This document shows, one piece after another, positions 63,241 through 64,000 of a DNA stretch of 64,000 nt (positions within the stretch are counted from its first letter, which is position 1; each line of letters begins with the position of its first letter). The stretch is from Sarea resinae. Its lineage: Eukaryota. The translations under genes and the position numbers were made by a program. Location of the stretch: NCBI GenBank assembly GCA_026026165.1, contig JAPEUD010000006.1:124001-188000 (forward strand), read 5' to 3'. The notes under the pieces were generated by a model that saw only the letters and a list, made by a program, of their open reading frames with translations, did not search any database and was not told the DNA's origin.

Positions 63241-64000
63241 CATCCACAGTCTCGAAGACACGATCAATCTTCCAGACCCACGACCACAACTCAAGCATGT
63301 GACGAAACCGAAAAGATGTCTCGGCCAGAGGAAGCTCCGGGCTAGCGTGCGCAGGAGTGGTTCAACGAACTTGCTGATGATCAAATGTGGGTAGGGCTCA
63401 ATCATATTGCTCCGACTAAAGGGAATGCCGACGTGCTCGGCATTGTAAATCAAAGCAAAGGAGAGGCAATGCAGTGGAAGAAGGGTGATGACAGGCGAAG
63501 TAGACATCTTCGTGCGCGGGAAGAATCTGGGACAATACCAGATGATGGGCGCAAAGACAGTACTGCTCACTTCCCTACAGATCTCTAGACGACAACGATC
63601 GAGCTAGAGGATCGCAGTAGTACGCGCGGAGCGGCAGACGTGGCGGGTGGCCCGCAGACGCCGGCGGAATTACCTCTCGTCCCACAGAAACAGCGCTGAG
63701 TGGTGAATCTGAATTCGAAAAAACGAATAAAGCTCGGCACGTCGTCTTGTCCAGTCGCAGTCCAAACCCCTCTCTGCTTGCTCTACTCTATAGAGAAAAA
63801 GATGCCCTACCTGCAAAGGTACTTTCCCCTCTCCTTCCCGCTCATCACCCGACGCGTTTCTAGCGCACTATCCCCGAAGCGTGGTATCTCGTCGTCACCT
63901 CTGGTCTGGAAAGGACTCTACTTTGCCAGTTACGAAGAGGACGTTTTTTCTCTCGTTTGTCTACCGTTATGCTCACCGGTCGGGTGGAATGGCAGATTGG

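Noticed and set aside
63802..64000. Possible first exon of a next gene (ATG CCC TAC CTG CAA AG|GTACTT)
   Set aside because: Too short and cut by the window edge to support.

Overview
Gene-dense, intron-containing DNA from a filamentous ascomycete (Pezizomycotina; finer lineage not determinable from this window). About 20 protein-coding genes, with exon structures inferred by hand from GT/GC..branch..AG signals and protein continuity. Core genes: APD1-like ferredoxin, an OB-fold protein resembling SHLD2, PSA1/MPG1, a GT-A glycosyltransferase-like protein, V-ATPase subunit a, PHO23-like ING protein, an F-box/LRR protein, an FLVCR-like MFS transporter, QCR6, a WBP2-like protein, FWD1-like F-box/WD40, CDC24, STU2/alp14, nudF/LIS1 and a DUF1992-like protein. 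An accessory block (28.3-35.2 kb) pairs a hydrolase-NACHT-ankyrin NLR head-to-head with a DUF6601-like membrane protein. Most notable: (1) a 942-nt, in-frame, stop-free intron in the CDC24 PH domain; (2) the NLR/DUF6601-like pair, whose ankyrin array is variable and truncated and whose splicing is non-canonical; (3) a coding-like 3' extension of the last gene interrupted only by TAG codons (A-to-I editing/readthrough candidate); (4) a fungal shieldin-2-like protein. No tRNA, rRNA, CRISPR array or intact transposon was recognised. Family names are from recall, not from database searches.
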